From positions 157,978,001 to 158,042,000 of the forward strand of contig CM059431.1 in NCBI GenBank assembly GCA_030390025.1: DNA of 64,000 bases, in the 5' to 3' direction. This document shows, one piece after another, positions 13,301 through 27,689 of this stretch (within the stretch, counting starts at the first letter, position 1; each line of letters starts with the position of its first letter). The DNA comes from Squalus acanthias. Taxonomy: Eukaryota. Below the pieces are notes generated by a model. The model did no database searches, was not told where the DNA came from, and was given only the letters and a program-made list of their open reading frames with translations. The position numbers and the translations under genes were made by a program.

Positions 13301-13495
13301 ATCTCTCCAGCCACGCATTCATCTGTTATATCCTCTATCCCTGTACTCACTAGCCCGTGACACCGGGAATAATCTGAAGATTACTACCTCTGAGGTGCTG
13401 ATTTTTACCTCTCTCCTAGCTCCCTAAACTCTGCCTGCAGTACCTCATCCCTCTTTCTGCCGAAATCATTTAAACCGAAATGGACAACGATCTCT
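10350..13495 (-). mobile_element. Decayed CR1 LINE (ORF1 3' part, endonuclease, RT)
   Basis: Fragments [58 protein letters not shown] and LEQRRLRGDLI, with many stops and frameshifts. Confidence 0.9.
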
Positions 13496-13499
13496 GATG

Positions 13500-14170
13500 T
13501 TGCGTTGTCGTGTGTCTCGAAGGCCGCCTTGGTGAACGCTTACCTGAAGATCGAGGCTGAATGTCCTTGACTTCTGAAGTGTTCCCCGACTGGGAGAGAA
13601 CACTCCTGCCTGGCGATTGTTGTGCGGTGTCCATTCATACGATGTCGCAGTGTCTGCATGGTCACGCCGAAGTAGACACACAGCAACGCAAAATCGTCGT
13701 GCAGAAACTGATAGCCAAGTTTCGCACCCATGTGGACGGCCTCAACCGGGATCTTGGGTTCATGTCACGCTACAGGTAACGCCACCTGACGTAGAGTCAT
13801 CCAGATTCGAGTCGTCATTGGCTTGTTCTCTCTACACAGATGTGGCCGCTCCTGCTGTGATTCCCAGCAAAAAAGGTTTTTGTTTTCCATACAGACCCCA
13901 GCATCTGCCACATTTGACCCCTTGTGACCACACCTCATTGTCTTTGATGTAATGTTTTCCTGACTGACCTGTTTGGACACCATCCACACCTTTGATTGCC
14001 GTGATTATCTCTCTGCCGAGGTGTGATAAAGGGCAGTTGGAAAGATTAACCGTAATCATCTGGCAGTGTTCTCTGACTATATATGCTGTGCCTATATGCA
14101 TCTCTTCACTTCACCTTACGAAGGAGCAGCGCTCCGAAAGCTTGTGATTTCAAATAAAGCTGTTGGACTA
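13500..14170. mobile_element. Rearranged Penelope 3' fragment (GIY-YIG end, internal inversion, pLTR with degenerate hammerhead)
   Basis: Minus strand RHRMNGHR..ECSLPVGEHF; plus strand QKLIAKFRTHVDGLNRDLGF. At 14111-14146, tcac-CTTACGA-aGGAGCagcGCTCC-GAAAG-cttgtga has a mutated core. Confidence 0.7.
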
Positions 14171-14464
14171 TAACCTAAGGATAAGGAGTAAGACATTTAG
14201 GACAGAGATGAGGAGGAATTTCTTCACCCAAAGAGTGGTGAACCTGTGGAATTCTCTACCACAGAAGGCAGTTGAGGCCAATTCATTAAGTATATTCAAG
14301 AAGGAATTAGATATATATCTTAAGGCTAAAGGGATCAAGGGTTATGGGGAGAAGGCAGGGACTGGGTAACGAATTTGGATGATAAGCCATGATCTCATTG
14401 AATGGCGGAGCAGGCTCGAGGGGCAAATGGCCTACTCCTGCTCCTATCTTCTATGATTCTATGA
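14171..14464 (+). mobile_element. CR1 LINE 3' end
   Basis: RRNFFTQRVVNLWNSLPQ..IKGYGEKAG, then 3' UTR and a (ctatgatt) tail. Confidence 0.85.
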
Positions 14465-15130
14465 TCTTTGTCCCTTGTTATCTGTGGACTTTTATCGTCC
14501 GATAATAAAGAGCTTTTATGATGAGCAATAAACTCGAATTGAGGAACCGGAACTGATTCCGCCTGCAGAACCAGGTTATGATGTGAGGTCTTCTGCATCG
14601 CAGATTGAGGTTTCGGTGGAAATGTAACTATAATTACCTCACAAACGTTCAACGATTTTGTATAAAAGATCAATAATTGATCATACCATTTAAATTTGAA
14701 GAGGCCGTGTAAGATTCAGATCGAGTCCTGCATGGAGATCAGGGCGGGGAGGGATTGCACTTTTCAGACTTAAGGCCGTCTTTATGACTGTGACGTGTAA
14801 CTGATCTTTACCCAGGGTGTGTTCATTAAACTGCTGCACCCACAACGCTAACTTATCCAGTCTCTCTGGAACCAGCATCAGGAACAGCAGCTCAAGGTAA
14901 TGACCCGGAATTTACCGAGCACTATTTCTTTTTAGAAATTAACTCATGAGCAATATCGTCTTTTAATAGTATAAACCGTGTAAATTTAACCTCAGACGAA
15001 AAAATACTTCTATGTCGAGTACATTTGAAATATATTGGTTATTTACGACGTATTTGTATAGAGTTAGAGGTCGAGAATTTTCAAAATATAACACAGCCCC
15101 AAATTAACAAATACATCCAATATTTCCAGC
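14463..15130. repeat. Low-copy duplicated block, copy 2 (truncated)
   Basis: Starts gatctttgtcccttgttatctgtg, matching position 93. The TATA equivalent has decayed to GATAAAAG. Confidence 0.8.
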
Positions 15131-15149
15131 CACTGGTAGCTTACCCATT

Positions 15150-15836
15150 GATACTGGAAGATATTTCCAAACACAACCGGCCGTTTTTAGCGACCCCGAC
15201 GGGTGCGTACGAGGTGCCCTTAGGTGCCGCGCAAGTTCCGGGTTTAGGCATGCGAAGCGCATGCTCTAAAAGCCGGAACTCGCGGTCTGTCAGCAATCCT
15301 CCGCATCCGCGGGAGAAGGGTCTCCGCGGATGCAGAGTTGTCCATATTTCCCCAAATTCCGCCCGCTGAATGCCAGCATAACAGTTGTAATAAAAATAGA
15401 AAAAATAAATGTTATCACTGATTTATACATTAAAAACCCTGTCCAATAATGTAAGTTTATTTTTAGCCCCGTTAAAACATATAAAAATAATTTTTCAAAA
15501 AATGAAATTTTCGTGTAAAACACTTAATTAAATGACCTTAATTAATTTTAAATATGTAATGTTATGTTTTATTTATTTCATGTGTTCGTGTATTTTTAAA
15601 GTGACCCCCATTCATACTTATGGGTTTTCAGTACGTACGGAACTCCCATAGATATGAATGGGGATTCCCTTCTTTTACTGGTACGGCCGGCCCACGTGAT
15701 CCCTAAGGCGCTTGTGAACCGCATGCGCTCCATGGGAAAGTGGGCCTCTGTCCGTGCCTATCCGCAGAGGCCCAAGACCGCAAGCATCCATACTTCCCGC
15801 CCACGGGAAGCTTCCGATCGTAGATTGAGGGCCGAC
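15150..15836. mobile_element. Non-autonomous element with GC-rich arms, AT-rich core and an internal hairpin
   Basis: Architecture like 31395-32156. Hairpin ccccattcata..tatgaatgggg at ~15605-15664. Terminal repeats are poorly preserved. Confidence 0.5.
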
Positions 15837-15934
15837 GGTTGTTGTGTCATTGCTACTGCTGTTTCATAACATGAATCTAACAGCGATCGATCAATGACTA
15901 TTGCTACCTGTACCCATTTATCATCCGGTAATTA

Positions 15935-18900
15935 CATAGACTTAATAGAATTAAACACAAGAGAAACAGTCTATTCTGCGCAAGAAGTCTATATCAGCGT
16001 TTATGCCCCACTCGAGCCTCCTCCCATACTTCCTATTCTAAATATATTAGCATAAACCTCAAATCCCTAGCCCGCATATGCTTATCTTGCTTCCCTTAAA
16101 CGCATCTACACTATTCTCCTCCACTAGTCCCTCTGGTAGCGAGTTCCACATTCTCACCACTTTCTAGTTAAATAGTTTCTTCTGAATTTCCTATTTGTTT
16201 TCTTTTTGAGTATCTTATATTGCTGACCTCTAGTTTTGCTCTTCCACACAAGTGCAAACACGCTCTGTGTCCACACTATCAAAAGTTTTCATAATTTTAA
16301 AGAAATACGAACGTAAGAACATAAGAAATAGAAGCAGGAGTCGACCACATGGCCCCTCGAGTCTGCTCCGCCATTCAATAAGATGATGAAGAAAAGAAAG
16401 AAATAGTTACATTTCTACAGTGCCTCTCACAACCCTCTCTCTTAGGCAGCCACCGCACGTCCAAAAGCGCTTTACAGCCAATTATGTTATTTTTGAACTG
16501 TTGTCACTGTTGTAATGTAGGAAACGTAGCAGAAAATCTTTGCAAAGCAATCTCGCACAAACAGCAATGTGACTAAATCAGATAATCTGTTTTCGTGATG
16601 TTGATTGAGGCATAAATATTGAGCCACAGGACACCGCTCTTTTCGACATAGAGCCATGGGATCTTTTAGGACCTCCTAAGAAGGCAGACGTGGCCTCACA
16701 TTAATGTCTCATCCGAAAGACGGCACCTGCGATAGGGCAGCGCTCCCTCACTACTGCACTGGACTTTCAGCCTAGAGTTTTGTGTTCAAATCCCTGGAGT
16801 GGGATTTAAATCCACCACCTTTTTCCCTCAGAGGCGAGTGTGGCAACAACAGAGCCACAGCTTACTCTGACACTGAAACAGCTGAACATCATGGCTGATA
16901 TTCGACCACAACTCCACTGTCCCGTTCTATCCCTATCTCCCTGGAATCCACGAGAGTCAAAAAATCTATCTATCCCAACCTTGAGTATATTCAACAACTC
17001 AGCATCCACATACATCTGTTGTAGAGAATTCCAAATATTCACAACCCTCTGAGTGAAAAAAATCCTACTCATCTTAGACTTAAATAGCGGACGCCTGATC
17101 CTGAGACTATGCCCTTTAGTTCAAGACTCTCCAGCCAAGGGAAACAACTCCTTAGCATCTACCCTGTTTAACCCCTCATAATCTTATATGTTTCAATTAG
17201 ATCACCTCTTATTCTTCTAAACTCCAGAGATCACAAGCCCAAACTACTCAATCTCTCCTCATAGGACAACTCTCTGATCCCAGGAATCAATTTAGCGAGC
17301 CTTCATTGCAAAGCCTCCAAGGATAACGAGACCAACACTGTGCACAATACTCCAGGTGTGGTCTTACCAAAGCCCTGTATAATTGTAGCAAAACTTCCTT
17401 AATCTTGTACTCCAAACCCCTTGCAATAAAGGCCAACGTGCCATTTGCCTTCCTAATTGCTTGCTGTGCCTGCATGCTAACTTTCTATGTTTCTTGTACG
17501 AGGACAGCTAAATCTCTCAGAACACCAACCTTCTCAACTTTCTCACTATTTAAAAAATATTCCGTTTATGCATTCTTCCTTCCAAAGTGAATAACCTCAC
17601 ATATCCCCCCAGTATACTCTCTAGCTGCCAACTTATACCCCACTCACTTAAACTGTCTAAATCGCTTTGCAGCCTTGTTGTGTCCTCCTCACATCTTATT
17701 GTCCCACCTAGCATTGTTTAGCAAACTTGGTCACATTACACTCTGTCCCTTCATCTTAGATTGTAAATAGCTGATGCGCCAGCACTGATCGTTGCGTCAC
17801 CCCACTAGGTACAGACTGCCAACATGAAAATGACCGGTTTCTCCGTACTCTCTGTTTTCTGTCCGTTAACCAATCCTCTATCCATGCTAACATATTTTAT
17901 ACTTAAACATAAGGTATGCTAATATTTAGATTACCTCTGATAGGTATAACCTCACAATTCTGCTACCCTCCTTGTAAATCTTCTTTGCACCCTCTCCTGT
18001 GCCTCCATACTATTTTTATAACATGGCGACGACAGCTGTACATGAACTACACGTGATGTCGAACCATGTTTCCTTACAATTCAGCATAACTTGTTAATTT
18101 TTCAATTCTTTCCCTCTAGAAATAAACTCTACTGCTTGGTTTAACTTTTTGTGGAATTATTAACCTGCGTCGCATTGTTTACTGATTTTGTGAATTTGCA
18201 CTCCCAGATCTCCTTGCCCCGCTACCTCATTTAGATTCTTACTTTCCAAATAATATGTGACCTCCTTACTTTTCTTTCCAAATGTAACACTTATCTGTGT
18301 TGAATTGCAGTTGCCCATCATATTACCTTTCTGCAAGTTAATTAATCTCTTCTTGTAATTTGTTGCCGTCGTCCTTAGTATTGAATCCCCCCCCCCTAAA
18401 TTTGGTGTCGTTCGCAAATTTAGAAATCGTCCTTTTGATTCCAAAGTCTAAATCGTTAATATAAATTGTGAACAGCAGTGGTCCCAGCACTGATCCTTGT
18501 GGGCCTCCACTTCCCATCTTCTGACACTGTGAATAGCTATCGTTTACCCCCACGCCTGCTTTCTGTCTTGCAACTTGCTAGCTATCCATTCTGCTACTTG
18601 TTTACCTACTCCGCATGCTTGGACCTGTTTCATTAGTCTATTATGCGGTACCTTATCAAAGGCCTGTTATAATACTGCATATATTCCGTCGAATGTATTA
18701 TATTTGTCTGCTCCATCTGTTACCTTATCGAAGGATTCATTGAGGTTGATCGAGCAAGACTTTTCAGTTAGAAATCTATGATTACTATTCATTGTTATAG
18801 TTTTTGTTCCTGGATGTTTTTCTGTTTTCAACTTTAGTTTGGTTTCCTTTATTTTTCCTACCACCGATATTAAGCTGATTGGTCTATAATTCCCTGAACA

Positions 18901-19790
18901 TGTACTATCGCCCTTCTTCAATATAGACACATCTTTAGCTATCACCGGTCCTCCAGCAGTACACGTTGTTCTGAAGAATTATTAAATAAGTGTCAAGTGC
19001 CTTTGTTATCTTATCTAGATTCTTTTATAATGCACGGATGCAATCCGTTCAGACTAAGGGTTGTTATCATCTTTGAGTCTGAATATTTTATTTAATATTG
19101 CTCCTCTTTATTTATTTTAAATGCGGTTATGTAATTTCTAATTTCATCTTCCGATATCATGTCCACCCGACCCGTTTCCCTAGTAAATACTGAAGCAAAG
19201 TAATTATTTATTATATCTGCCATTTCGCTATCGCTGCCGGTGATTTTATCCTTTCCGTCCCTTCTAGGCCTTTTCACATCCCGATTTTCCATTTTTTTAT
19301 TTGTGTGTCTGTAGATTTTTTTTTTTACTATTTTGTTCTATGAACCTTGATAATTTAATTTAATAGTTCCTGTTTGCATGTTTTCTTTTTTACTTCTCTC
19401 CTAATCTCTTCTTATTCTCCATTGGCACAATCTCCGCTGCTGTCCATGTACTTCGTTTATGCCGCTTTTCTTACCTCAATTTTCTCCCAATACCTGCATT
19501 CATCCATGGCGTCTTATTAGTGCTTAGTTTGTTCTTGTTTTTTTGCTGAATATGTTTTTCATGGACTCTGCTGACGAATTTTTTTAATGTTTCCAAGTGC
19601 TGTTCTACCTCATTGTTTCACAATATTGCTCTCCACGTTATGTCCCAAGTTCTATTCTCAACCCCTCAAAATCAGCGTTGGTGCAAAATACTAACCTCGT
19701 CTTTGTTTTTCATTAGTCCTTCTCAATTATTATCTTAAACGGTATTATACTCTGATCACTATAGCCAAGATATTTCCTCCTTTTAGAAAC
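15935..19790 (-). mobile_element. Nested decayed CR1 LINE fragments
   Basis: [47 protein letters not shown] and EMADIINNYFASVFT on the minus strand. A younger CR1 (16310-17890) and a SINE are inserted within. Confidence 0.85.
16390..16865 (-). mobile_element. tRNA-derived SINE (same family as 5040-5476) inserted in a CR1 3' UTR
   Basis: Shares aagcgctttacagccaat and gtcactgttgtaatgtaggaaacg with the 5040 copy. It splits the CR1 tail ccattcaataagat(16385)/catcatggctgat(16888). Confidence 0.75.
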
Positions 19791-19914
19791 ATAGAGAAAA
19801 GAAAGAATTACAATAATATAGCGTTTCAAGGACGTTCCAAAGCGCTTCACAGGCAATTAATTACTTTTTTAAGGTGTAGTCACTGTTTTGATCTAGGAAA
19901 CGCGGCGGCCAAGT

Positions 19915-21440
19915 TGACGCTCTAAAAGCCCAAAATCACAGAATAATCTGACCCGCTTTAGGCCCAATACACGAGAGTATTCTTACCCTCTACCACGGCG
20001 CTCAAGCCCTCTGCAAATCCCAGGGTAATATGAGCCTCTACAATGCCAATAACTCTGGTTACTCTTACCCTCTGCATTGGCAAGGTGCTCTTACCCTCTA
20101 TAGGAACATCGCCTCGAGTAATTTGACATTCTGAAGCCCAATAGATCAGGGTATCCTGTCCTTCTTTATAGGTCAGGTAATCTGAACCTTTCCGGGCTCA
20201 ATAGCCGCAGTACAGACTTTGTAAAGACTCAGTACCTGAGGGAAATTAGAGAATCTAAAGGCCCAATTTCCCAGGTCCTCTGACCCTCTAAATGTCCAAT
20301 ATCCTAACGTAATTTTACCTTCTGTAATGCCCAGGGTACTCGGACCCTTTGCAGACCTAATGGACCACAGTATTCTGAACCTATACAAGCCCAATAGCCC
20401 AGGATATTCTGTCACTCTGCAGACTCAATAGCTCAGGCATTCTGAGCCTATCCAGACTCAATAGCTCATGTTTCTCCGACAAATACACAGCCGAGTGTAC
20501 TCGGTCCCTCTACAGATTCAATAGCCCTGGTATTCTGACCTGCTAAAGACTCAGTAGCGCAGACATTCTAACCATTTACACGCCCAATAGCCATTTTAGA
20601 CTGACCCTCTTTATACGTCAGTGTACTCTGATCCTTTACAGGCCAAATAGCTCAGGTACCCTAACTTTCCCTAGGCTGATAGCTGAGGGAACTCAGATCC
20701 TGGAACGCACCAATTTTCAAGATTATCTGATCCTCTAAATGCCAAATATCCCAGCATAATCTTATCGTTTGTTTACCCAGGTGCTCTGCCCTCTTCATAG
20801 CCGAGGGTACATTGACCTTTTAGTGATCCAGTAACCCAGGTTGCTTTGACCGTCTGCACACCCAATGAACCAGCATACTCTGAACATCTAAAGGCCCAAT
20901 AGCCACAAACGTCTGAATCTCTTTATACGCAGTGTACTCTGATCCTTTACAGGCGCAACAGCTTAGGTATTCTGACATAACATCGGTTGAAAGTTGAAGG
21001 AACCCTGACCCTCTAAAGTCCTAATATCGCAGCTTACTCTGACCTTCTAAATGTCCAATGGCCCAGGGTACACTGGTCTTCTACCAACATCAGGGCACGA
21101 AATATATTTGGACGCCCTAAAGACCCGGGTACTCTTAATGTTTACAAGGCCAATTGCCCTGGGTACACTTAGTCTCTGCAGACTCAATAGCCCAGGTACG
21201 CTGATCCTCTACATATTCAGTAGACCAGCATACATGACCTTCTTCGTAACCCAATGCACATTGACTCTCGGGAAATCTCAAGCTACTCTGAAACTCAACT
21301 GGGTAAATATCTCAGTTTACTCTAACATTCTGCATAGACAAAGGTGCTCTGGTACTCTTCAGGCCCAATAGAAAATGTTATCTTAAACTATGTACAGCCC
21401 AGGGTAAGCTAACCCTCCACTGTTTCGATAGCACAGGAGC
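19915..21440. repeat. Degenerate satellite, unit about CTGACCCTCTACAGGCCCAATAGCCCAGGGTACT (~34 bp, with ~26-bp variants), left part
   Basis: ctgaccctcta / caatagcccagggtact recurs throughout. Confidence 0.85.
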
Positions 21441-24320
21441 AATACGACTTTCTGTGCTGTCCAGGGTGAGTCAAGGAGATGGGTGAGGAGTGGAAAGAGG
21501 AGATCCCTTGCTTCGCCTTTGCTTTTCCTAACTTTTCACCCTGTAGGAATTGGTTCTTACTTTACACCTTGGAAAGAGTCCGAGAGCGGGAGCAGTCATA
21601 CAACAACATTTGCGAAACGGCTAAAGTGACGTCAAAACTAGGGAAGGAGCTGATTGATAAATAGGACTGTTGAGTTCTTCTACAGTCCAGTCGTTAAAGT
21701 GAAAGTAAGGTCTTTAGTTTAGAGTAAGTAGTGTTTAAAGGGAAGTAAGGTCCCTAGTGTATTTAATATTCTTTAATTTAAAGGAAGTAAAGGGAATACA
21801 TTAAGGGTTGGACATGGCAGGGCAGCTCGGCACCGTGGACTGCTCCTCCTCTGCTATGTGGGAAGCCAGGGACACTTTCGGTGTCCAGGGCGAACACAAG
21901 TGCAGGAACTGTCTCGAGCTGCAGCTACTCGAATCCGCGTTTCGGAGCTGGAGCTGCGGCTGGAGTCACTGTGGAGCATCCGCAAAGCTGAGATCTTCGG
22001 GGATAGCACGTTTATCGAGGTGGTCACATCGCAGGTAAAGAGTGCACAGGCAGACAGGAAATGGGTGACCGCCAGACAGAGTAAAAGAAATAGGTTTGTA
22101 CTGCAGGAGTCCCCTGGGTCCATCTCCCTCTCCGACTGATTTTCCGTTTTGGATATTGCTGGGGGAGATGGTTTCTCGGGGGAATGCAGCAAGAGCCAAG
22201 TCCGTGGCACTACGAGTGGCTGAGCTGCACAGGAGGCGATGAAAAAGAGTGGGAGAGCAATAGTGATAGGGGATTGTATCGTAAGGGGAAGAGATAGACG
22301 TTTCTGTGGCCGCAAATGTGACTCCAGGATGGTATGTTGCCTCCCTGGTACCAGGGTCAAGGAAGTTACTGAACGGCTGCAGGGCATTCTGAAGGGGGAG
22401 GGCGAGCTGTCAGAGGTCGTGGTTCACATTGGTACTAACGACATGTGTAGAACGAAGGCTGAGGTCCTGCAACAAGAATTTAGGGATCTAGGTAGCAGAT
22501 TAAAAAGCAGGACCTCAAAGGTTGTAAGCTCTGGATTACTCCTGGTGCCACGTGCTAGTGAGAATAGGAATAGGAGAGAGCAGATAATTGCGTGGCTAAA
22601 GAGTTGATGCAGGAGGGAGGGCTTTAGTTTCCTGGATCACTGGGTCTGCTTCTGGGGAAGCTGGGACCTTTACAATTCGGAAGGTTTGCACCTGAACCGG
22701 AGCGGGACCAACATCCTTGCGGGGAGGTTTGCTAGTACATTTGGGGGAGTGGGGGGGGGGGGGGTTAAAATTACTTGACAGGGTGATGGGATACGGAGTG
22801 GAGCTATAGTAGGGAGTGATGCACAGCCAAATATAGAGGAAAAAGCAAGTCAGCCTGGAAGGCAGAGCAAATATGTAACGGCACAATGTAGTATGGCAAG
22901 GCTGGTTGGCATTTATTTTAATGCAAGGAGTCTTGCGAGTAAGGCAGATGAATTGAAGATGTTGATGAACACATGGGAGTATGATATTTTTGCTATCACA
23001 AAGACATGGTTGAGGGAGGGGCAGGACTTGCAGCTCAATATTTCGTGATATAGAATCTTCAGGCGAGAAAGAGTGGGGTGTAAAAGGGGAGTGGTGTCGC
23101 AATATTAATCAAGGAGTCAATTACTGCTGTAAGGAGGGATGATATCTTAGCAGGTTCCTCTAATGAGGCCATATGGGTGGAACTTAAAAACAAAAAGGGG
23201 GCAAGCACTTTGCTGGGAGTATACTATAGGCCGCTAAACAGTCAGGGGGAGATAGAGGAATAGCTATGTCGGCAAATCTCAGAGAAATGTAGAAATAATA
23301 GGGTAATAATAGCAGGGGATTTCAACTTCCCCAATGTTAACTGTGATAGTCAGAGTGTGAAAGGCTTTGAGGTGCGGAATTCTTAAAGTGCATCCAGGAG
23401 AGCTATCTGAGTGAGATTGTCGGAAGTCCTACAAGAGTGGGGGCGGTACAGGACTTAATTCTCGGGAATGTAGCGGACAAGTTGTAGAAGTGTCAGTCGG
23501 AGAGCATTTTGGTGACAGTGACCATAATTCGGTGGTATAAAGATGGACCGAATTAAAGGTCCTAAATTGGGGGAAGGCCGATTTTTAATATTATATGGGT
23601 GGATCTGGCCAAAGTGGACTGGCATTAGCTACTTGTAGGAAAACCACATTAGGTACAGTGGGAGTCTTTCAGAAAGGAAATAGAGAGTGCACAACGCCAA
23701 TATGTTCCCGTTAAGATCAAGGGTGGGACCAGCAAACCGAGGGCAACCTGGATGTCAAGGGATATACAAGAATGTATTAGGAACAAAAGGGAAGCTTCTG
23801 GCAGATACAAAGGACTAAAAACAGTGGAAGCCCAAGAGGAGTATAGAAAGTGCAGGGAGCTATGAAAAAATAAATGAGGAGAGTGAAGAGGGGCATGAAA
23901 AAGCACTGGCATGCAAAATAAAGGAAAATCCCAAGGGGTTTTATAAGTATATTAAGGGCAAGGGGGTAACCATGGAAACAGTAGGGCCCATTAGGGACCA
24001 AAGTAGCAACCTGTGAGTAGAGCCGGAAGAAGTAGGTGAGGTTTTAAATTAATATTTTGCATCTGTGTTCACTATGGAGTAGGACGATGTAGCCATATAA
24101 ATTAGGCAGGGGGATTGCGATATACTTGAACAAATTAGTATTGAGAGGGAGGAGGTACTAGCGGTTTTAGCGGGCTAAAAAGTAGATAAATCCCCAGGCC
24201 CTGACAAGATGTATCCCAGGCTGCTGTGTGAGGCATGGGAGGAGATTTCTGTGCCTCTTACACAAATTTTCAGAACATATCTGTCCACAGGGGAGGTACC
24301 GGAGAACTGGAGAACAGCTA

Positions 24321-25804
24321 ACATAGAAACATAGAAACATAGAAAATAGGTACAGGAGTAGACCATTCGGTCCTTCGAGCCTGCACCGCCATTCAATGCG
24401 TTCATGGCTGAACATGCTACCTCAGTACCCCATTCCTGCTTTCTCGCCATACCCCTTGATCCCCCTAGTTGTGAGTGTTATATCTAACTCCCTTTTGAAT
24501 ATATTTAGCGAACTGGCCTCAACAACCTTCTGTGGAAGAGAATTCCATAGATTCACCACTCTCTGGGTGAAGAAGTTCCTCCTCAGCTCAGTCCGAAATG
24601 GCTTCCCCTTAATCCTTAGACTGTGACCCCTGGTTCTAGTTTTCCCTACCATTGGGAACATTCTGCCCGCATCTAATTTGTCTAAACCAGTCAGGATTTT
24701 AAATGTCTCTATAAGATTCCCCCTCATTCTTCTGAACTCCAGAGGATACAAGTTCAGTTGACCCAATCTTTCTTGATATGTCAGTCCGGCCATCCCAGGA
24801 ATCAATCTAGTGAACCTTCGCTGCACTCCCTCAATAGCAAGAATGTCCTTCCTTAAGTTAGGAGACCAAAACTGCGCACAATACTCCAGGTGCGGCCTCT
24901 CCAAGGTCCTGTACAACTGCAGCATCACCTCCCTACTCCTGTACTCAAATCCCCTTACTATGAAGGCCATCATTCCGTTTGCTTTCTTGACTGCCTGCTG
25001 CACTTGCATTCCCACCTTCATTGACTGATGTACCATGATGCCCAGGTCTCGTTGCACCTCCCCTTTCCCTAATCTGCCACCATTCAGGTAATAGTCCGCC
25101 TCTCTATTTTTACCACCAAAGTGGATAACCTCACATTTATCCACATTGTACTTCATCTGCCATACATTTGCCCATTCACCCAACCTGTCCAAGTCACTCT
25201 GTAGCCTCCTAGCATCCTCCTCATTGTTCACACTGCCTCCCAATTTAGTGTCATCCGCAAATTTGGAGATATTACATTTAATCCCTTCGTCCAAATCATT
25301 AATATATAATGTAAACAGCTGGGGTCCCAGCACCGAACCCTGCGGTACCCCGCTGGTCACTGCCTGCCATTCTGAAAAGTACCCATTTACTCCTACTCTT
25401 TGTTTCCTGTGTGCCAACCAGTTCTCAATCCACGTCAACACATTACCCCCAATCCCATGTGCTTTAACTTTGCTCACCAATCTCTTGTGTGGAACCTTGT
25501 CGAAGGCCTTCTGAAAGTCCAAATACACCACATCTACTGGTTCCCCCCTGTCCATCCTATTGGAAACATCCTCAAAAAATTCCAGAAGATTTGTCAAGCT
25601 TGATTTCCCTTTCACAAATCCATGCTGACTTGGACCTATCAAGTCGCCACTTTCCAAATGGTCTGTTATGACATCTTTAATAATTGCTTCCATCATTTTA
25701 CCCACAACCGATGTCAGGCTGACCGGTATATAATTCCCTGCTTTCTCCCTCCCTCCTTTTTTAAAAAGAGGGGTTACATTGGCCACCCTCCACTCCATCG
25801 GAAC
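24321..25804 (-). mobile_element. Young 5'-truncated CR1 inserted antisense in the older CR1
   Basis: Open 458-aa RT/C-terminal ORF (24422-25798) and (catagaaa)n tail. Near-identical to 35054-36534. The host reads gagaacagctaac|gtagtac across the insertion. Confidence 0.93.
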
Positions 25805-27193
25805 GTAGTACTATCATTCAAGAAGGGTAGTAGGGATAAACCAGGGAATTACAGGCCAGTGAGCCTAACATCCGTGATAGGGAAATTATTGGAAAACATT
25901 CTGAGGGACAGAATTAGTTTCCACTTGGAGAGGCAAGGATAAATCAAGAATAGTCACCAGGGCTTTGTCAGGGGGAGATCATGTCTAACCAATTTGATTG
26001 AATTTTCCGAGGGGGTGACTAGGTGTGTGAATGAGGGTAGTGCACTTGATGTAGTCTACATGGACTTCAGTAAGGCTTTTGACAAAGTCCCATATGGGAG
26101 TGGTCAAGAATCTAAGATGCCATGGGCGCCACGGTAATTTGGAATATTGGATCCAAAATTGGCTTAGTGGCAGGAGGCAGAGAGTGATGGTCGAAGGTTG
26201 TTTTTGTGACTGGAAGCCTGTGTCCAGTGGTGTACCGCAGGGATCGGTGCTGGGTCCTTTGCTGTTTGTAGTGTACATTAATGATTTAGATATGAATGTA
26301 GCAGGTATGATCAGTAAGTTCGCAGATGACACGGAAATTGGTGGAATGGTTAATAGTGAGGAGGGAAGCCTCAGGCTACAGGACGATATAGTAATGTTGG
26401 TTAGATGGGCAGAACAGTGGCAAATGGAATTTAACCCTGAAAAGTGTTAGGTGATGCATTGTGGGAGGAATAATAAGGCAAGGGATTACACAATGAATGG
26501 AAGGATCCTGGGAAGGACAGAGGAGCTGGGGGACCTTGGTGTGCATTTACATAGATTCCTGAAGGCAGCAGGAAAGTTAGATAAGGTGGTTAAAAAGGCA
26601 TATGGGAATCTTGCCTTAATTAGCCGAGGCATAGAATATAAGAGAAGGGAGGTTATGTTGGAGCTTTACAAAACGCTAGTTAGGCCACAGCTGGAATACT
26701 GTGTGCAGTTCTGGTTGCCACACTATAGGAACGATGCGATTGCATTGGAGAGGGTGCAGAGCAGATTCACCAGGATGTTACCTGGGCTGGAGCTCTTCAG
26801 CTATGAAGAGAGACTGGACAGGCTGGGGTTGTTTTCCTTAGAGCAGAGAAGACTGAGGGGGGACCTGATTGAGGTGTACAAAATTTTGAGGGGCATAGAT
26901 AGGGTAGATAGAAAGGAACGTTGTCCCTTAGTAGAGGGGTCAATAACCAGGGTGCGTAATTTCAAGTTAAGGGGCAGGAGGTTAAGAGGGGATTTGAGGA
27001 AAAACGTTTTCACAAAGAGTGTGATTGGAATCTGGAACTCACTACCTAACAGGGTGGTAGTGACAGGAACCCTCACAACATTCAAGAAGCATTTAGATGA
27101 GCACTTGAAACGCCATAGCAAACAAGGCTACGGACCAAGTGCTGGGAAATGGGATTAAAATAGACAGGGCTTGATGGTCGGCGCGGACAGGAT

Positions 27194-27635
27194 GGGCAAC
27201 ACGGTGGCATAGTGGTGAGCACTGGTGCCTCACAGCGCCAGAGACCCGGGTTCGAATCTGGCCTCGGGTGACTGTCTGTGTAGAGTTTGCACATTCTCCC
27301 CGTGTCTGCGTGGGTTTCCTCCGGGTGCTCCGGTTTCCTCCCACAGTCCAAAAATGTGCGGGTTAGGTTGATTTGGCTATGATAAATTGACCCTTAGTGT
27401 TAGGGGAAGATTAAATATGTGGGGTTACAGGGATAGGATGGGATATGTTAGGGGGAATTAAATACGCGGGGATAGGGTGGGATATGTGTCGGTGCAGGCT
27501 CGATGGGGATTCTGTGTGAGAAAGCAGGGACAGGGTACTGGATTTGGATGATCAGCCATGATCGTATTGAATGGTGGAGCAGGCTCGACGGGCCGAATGG
27601 CCTACTCCTGCTCCTAGTTTCTATGTTTCTATGAA
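27194..27635 (+). mobile_element. V-SINE (HE1-like) with CR1-type tail
   Basis: tRNA head ggtggcatagtggt..gggttcgaatc, followed by the V-domain gtttgcacattctccccgtgtctgcgtgggtttcctccgggtgctccggtttcctcccacagtccaaa. Confidence 0.85.
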
Positions 27636-27689
27636 ATTCCTCTTTCTGTGCTGTGTAACTGTATGACTCTGTGAACCTATGACTCTATG

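Noticed and set aside
19915..21440. Short regularly spaced repeats as a possible CRISPR array or Ig switch region
   Set aside because: The units are degenerate and head-to-tail with no unique spacers, the context is eukaryotic, and no cas or Ig segments are present.
27194..27270. tRNA gene
   Set aside because: The A/B boxes are the head of a V-SINE and run into the V-domain. The same applies to the heads near 5470, 7950 and 16860.
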